Below are positions 63,105 through 64,000 of a stretch of DNA of 64,000 nucleotides, in pieces. The translations under genes were made by a program, and so were the position numbers. Positions within the stretch are counted from its first letter, which is position 1, and each line of letters begins with the position of its first letter. The notes under the pieces were generated by a model, which was not told the origin of the DNA, ran no database searches, and worked only from the letters and a program-made list of their open reading frames with translations. The stretch spans positions 152,024,001-152,088,000 of the forward strand of contig OZ024741.1 of assembly GCA_964016885.1 (NCBI GenBank), given 5' to 3'. The stretch comes from Eledone cirrhosa. Taxonomy: Eukaryota.

Positions 63105-63814
63105 CTCTAGGTAGCACTGCCAAGCGAGAGATTTCTGGAAGTTATCCATAGTCTGCGACTCGAAAGTCCTCCGGAACAGATTGGTCAGTTCGACTTCGTC
63201 TATACCCAGAGTTTCTCCGAGTGCGTCGTCGCACTAATCCTCTTTAGAAATCGAAAGTGGAAGTTCCACTGACCGCATTGCCTGCCTGGTAGAGGGCGGT
63301 GTGTGCCTGGCAACATTCAAGATGCCAGGCGCACAGTCTTGGTCTCTTCTTGACCCAGGACTGCAGCTCAGTCAAAGAGACGAGTTGTAGAAAGACCTGT
63401 CTGACAAACGGCGACCACCCCTGTTCACCGTCTAAGCAGTGTATCTGGAGATGCGGCAGCCTCAGCGCATGTTTGCGCATCATTAGCCACGGCATGCACA
63501 GCCCTCCGCGTAGAGGGTGCTGGCAGCAGATGTACCGCCTCACCATCGAAACCTGTCTGCTCCACAAGAAGTTGAAAAGAAGCCGTTCCAATCTGGTGAG
63601 ACACAAACGGATGTAAGGCACGACGGTCAAGCGGTAATAGATGACGGATGCGATGTACGCATTCGCTACCTCCACTCGACCTTTCAGGGACAGTTTCGGT
63701 CCATTTCTAGGTGGGAGTGGCCACCCTGATCGTAACCTCGTCCCAATTCTTATCCACCTGGGGATCTGATTCGGACCAGACCCCGAGCAACTTTACCGGT
63801 CCGTCCGTCCAGCG
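63105..63814 (-). mobile_element. Tx1-clade ORF2 fragment, 5'-truncated at (ATT)n
   Basis: ORF 63244..63675 (EVANAYIASVIYYRLTVVP..CCQHPLRGGL.MPWL) is homologous to copy A. (AAT)n lies at 63815-63831. Confidence 0.88.
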
Positions 63815-64000
63815 TAATAATAATAACAATATTCCTCCCACGCTTTAATTCTCACATATTTCTATTAGACATTTTTCTGTTTTTCATATTTTTAATTTAC
63901 TTATCTATGTATCTATTTATTAATTAATTTGTTTGTTTGTGTATAATGCAGGCTTGTATGGATATATTTTCCCCATACAATTGAATTAAATTATCATTTC

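Overview
A eukaryotic, AT-rich, microsatellite-dense intergenic or intronic window in which I can find no host protein-coding gene. The SINE family and the (TA)n/(CA)n/(AAT)n load resemble an octopod cephalopod genome; this is inference from recalled repeat sequence. Almost everything identifiable is mobile DNA. (1) A 17-kb pile-up (17.9-34.6 kb) holds five same-orientation Tx1-clade (L1 group) LINEs, one near full length, interleaved with an R4/Dong-type LINE and tRNA-derived SINEs, with (AAT)n tracts at most junctions. (2) There is a Hydra-clade-like Penelope element with pseudo-LTRs, two more Penelope fragments, and many short fold-back repeats in (TA)n tracts, several carrying type I hammerhead ribozyme motifs. 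(3) The rest comprises non-autonomous Helitrons, mariner remnants and MITEs, hATm-like remnants, and RTE and R4/Dong fragments. The most interesting signals are apparent (ATT)n target specificity of the Tx1 family, a SINE sharing its 3' terminus, a candidate 52-nt intron that would fuse Tx1 ORF1 to ORF2 in frame, and several distinct hammerhead-bearing mini-elements. All calls come from reading the sequence by eye, so boundaries are approximate.
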